Source: Nemertoderma westbladi (lineage: Eukaryota; Animalia; Xenacoelomorpha). From it: a stretch of DNA of 64,000 bases. This document shows, piece by piece, positions 61,861-64,000 of this stretch. The notes below the pieces were generated by a model. It worked only from the letters and a program-made list of their open reading frames with translations, had not been told where the DNA came from and searched no databases. A program made the position numbers and the translations under genes. Each line of letters starts with the position of its first letter. The stretch's first letter is position 1. The DNA lies in NCBI GenBank assembly GCA_032718475.1, contig JAUCBJ010005435.1, positions 1,417-65,416 of the forward strand. Direction: 5' to 3'.

Positions 61861-64000
61861 ATATATCAAACTCTCATTTATCAACAAACTGAATTTCAAT
61901 TACTCGATGTCGCCGCTCTGAATGGTGTCCGAATCACTCGGGTCGGTTTCAGTTCGACTTCTTGATATAGAACGTGATCATACAGTAAATATGAAAATCT
62001 GTTGGGGGCCGTGGATACTTCGTTGGTAATTAACTCAAGTCATATTGGCTTATAATTATTGTCATGCCATGGGTGGGGGCGTGGGTATTACGGTAAGTCT
62101 TATTCACTATGGTTGTTAATCTCTTGTTATTTTAAACACATCGCTGTAAAACTTACTGACATTTTGATAAGTAATTTATTTTCCTCAAAAATATTTAATA
62201 ATAATAAATGAATTGTTGTAAAATATTAAAGAATATTTAGTTAATATCAGCAAAATAACAACAAATTTTTGGGTTTCTCTGTAGAATTTAAACTTCCCAA
62301 TTTAATTGTAACTCTTCTTAATTTACAACTGTCTTCCACTAATAAAACTACAGTCCATTCTTAAAATACAATATTTTAAGTCATTTTTTAAGTCAATAGA
62401 TATTTATCAACAATTTTTACTAATAATTATAATTATAAGTTCACTTTGTTACCCGGTTAATAATTTCGATTTTATTACAAATTCTATCTATTTATTTACA
62501 CTTCTACCTCTATTATCGTCTAGGTCTTATTGTCTGCCCCCTCCCTACCATTTTGTGCTATGTTGGTTTGTATGTTTCAGGTTGTACTAGTTGTACTTGC
62601 TATTTGGATAAACATTTACCGAATTTGTTCAATTTATATTCCCGGTGGTCAATAAGCCAATCGCTGTAGATATTTATTACAAATGTTATAAATACCAGTT
62701 AGTAATTTAAATATTTATGTTTCATGTATCAAAATTTGTTCTTCCTATTACTGAATATTTTCCGTTTACTTGGCGGTTCGGCCTTGTATTTTGTCATGGT
62801 AACAGTGTCTGTTGGCATTGAATTCCAAATAGACTGAGTGTATAAGTGTAGGTCTCCCTGTCTCACGTGATGTGTTGAATCTTGATTGGTGCTATTTCGT
62901 TGTGAGATTCGTTACTTCCTTCTAGAATGTGTAGTATTTTTGTTATATTATCTATAATTTTGTGGTATCTGCCCGCCCACTTCTCGTGTGTTGCGAAGAA
63001 TAGGTAATTTTTAGTTTGTTTGTTTTCTATTTTTAATCTTGAGTAATGTAAAACGTTATACCGTAGCTTAAGTGTCATAAGGCCCTAAAAGTGGGATTTT
63101 ACTTTTTTTTAATACAATTCCACACTGTAAGAGATGCTCTAACAGCTGGTGAAGTTTTGAACACTTTAACCAATGGGAAGTGATGATTATTGGGTAGTAA
63201 AGTGAAGCACTATAATCCCTCCAGCAGACAATATTTTACTGCAGAAAGGCCTTAAATCTTTTTTTATAGGCCTTATGACAGTTAAGCTACGATATATTAG
63301 ATATAAGTAGCCATAACGTGGAGCATAGCACGTGCTACACCGAATAGTGTGAATTTGTTTTTAATAATTCAAAATTATAATGGACGAATATTTTTTAGCA
63401 ATTGAAAGTGAATCAATGACAGGACCAATTGAATTATGCAAATTTTTGTGATTGTTGTTGTTATTTGTTGTTGTTATTTGTCGTCGTTGTCAATTTTGTT
63501 TTTTGAACTTCAAGTTAGTAGCTTATTATTTTATTAATTTTGTCGTGCCTTCAACTATTTTTTGATTATTGTGTTTTCTTACTATAAGTTTAATTGAGAT
63601 AATTAATGTAAGCAACACGATCTATAAATATATAACGCCGTATTTTGATCTTAACTATATTTCCCGTCACATATTGTATTTTATTTTCATCAGAATTTAT
63701 CAGCTGATTTCAGAATTTATCAGCTGATCATCAGATTTTATTTTCATTTTTTTTTGTTGGGAAATAAGACTTTTTAACTAATATTTCAAATTATTTCAAT
63801 TTTTGCATATTTTATTATCAGTATATTTGATTGTTAAAGAATGATTACACCATATAGAACATATAGAACACCATAATAGTCAAATATTTTATCAATATCC
63901 GGTACTCTACTATTATTTATCTGTATACTGCTATTCTAAACTCGTTACCGTAAAAACTTTATCTTTAATTTATTCGTCATTGTTTCTTCAAACTTACATC

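Overview
AT-rich animal (probably invertebrate) genomic DNA. It holds one large plus-strand gene of about 24 exons (~16.2/20.7-61.9 kb, ~1690 aa), assembled by hand from GT-AG junctions with consistent phases. The product is a PLEKHG4/PLEKHG4B/ARHGEF40 (puratrophin-1/Solo)-family RhoGEF with the family N-terminal domain, a Sec14/CRAL-TRIO-like region, spectrin-like repeats, DH and PH domains. The main observation is that 7 of the 23 introns carry unrelated tandem arrays whose repeat unit is a copy of the adjacent exon-intron junction: six donor arrays (68, 41, 43, 29, 34 and 46 bp units) and one acceptor array (47 bp). Together they cover about 22 kb and hold hundreds of intact splice-site copies. 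The first 16 kb and the other introns contain non-autonomous DNA transposons (MULE-like, hAT-like, foldback), a tRNA-type SINE, LINE remnants and minisatellites. All coordinates and copy numbers were counted by eye.
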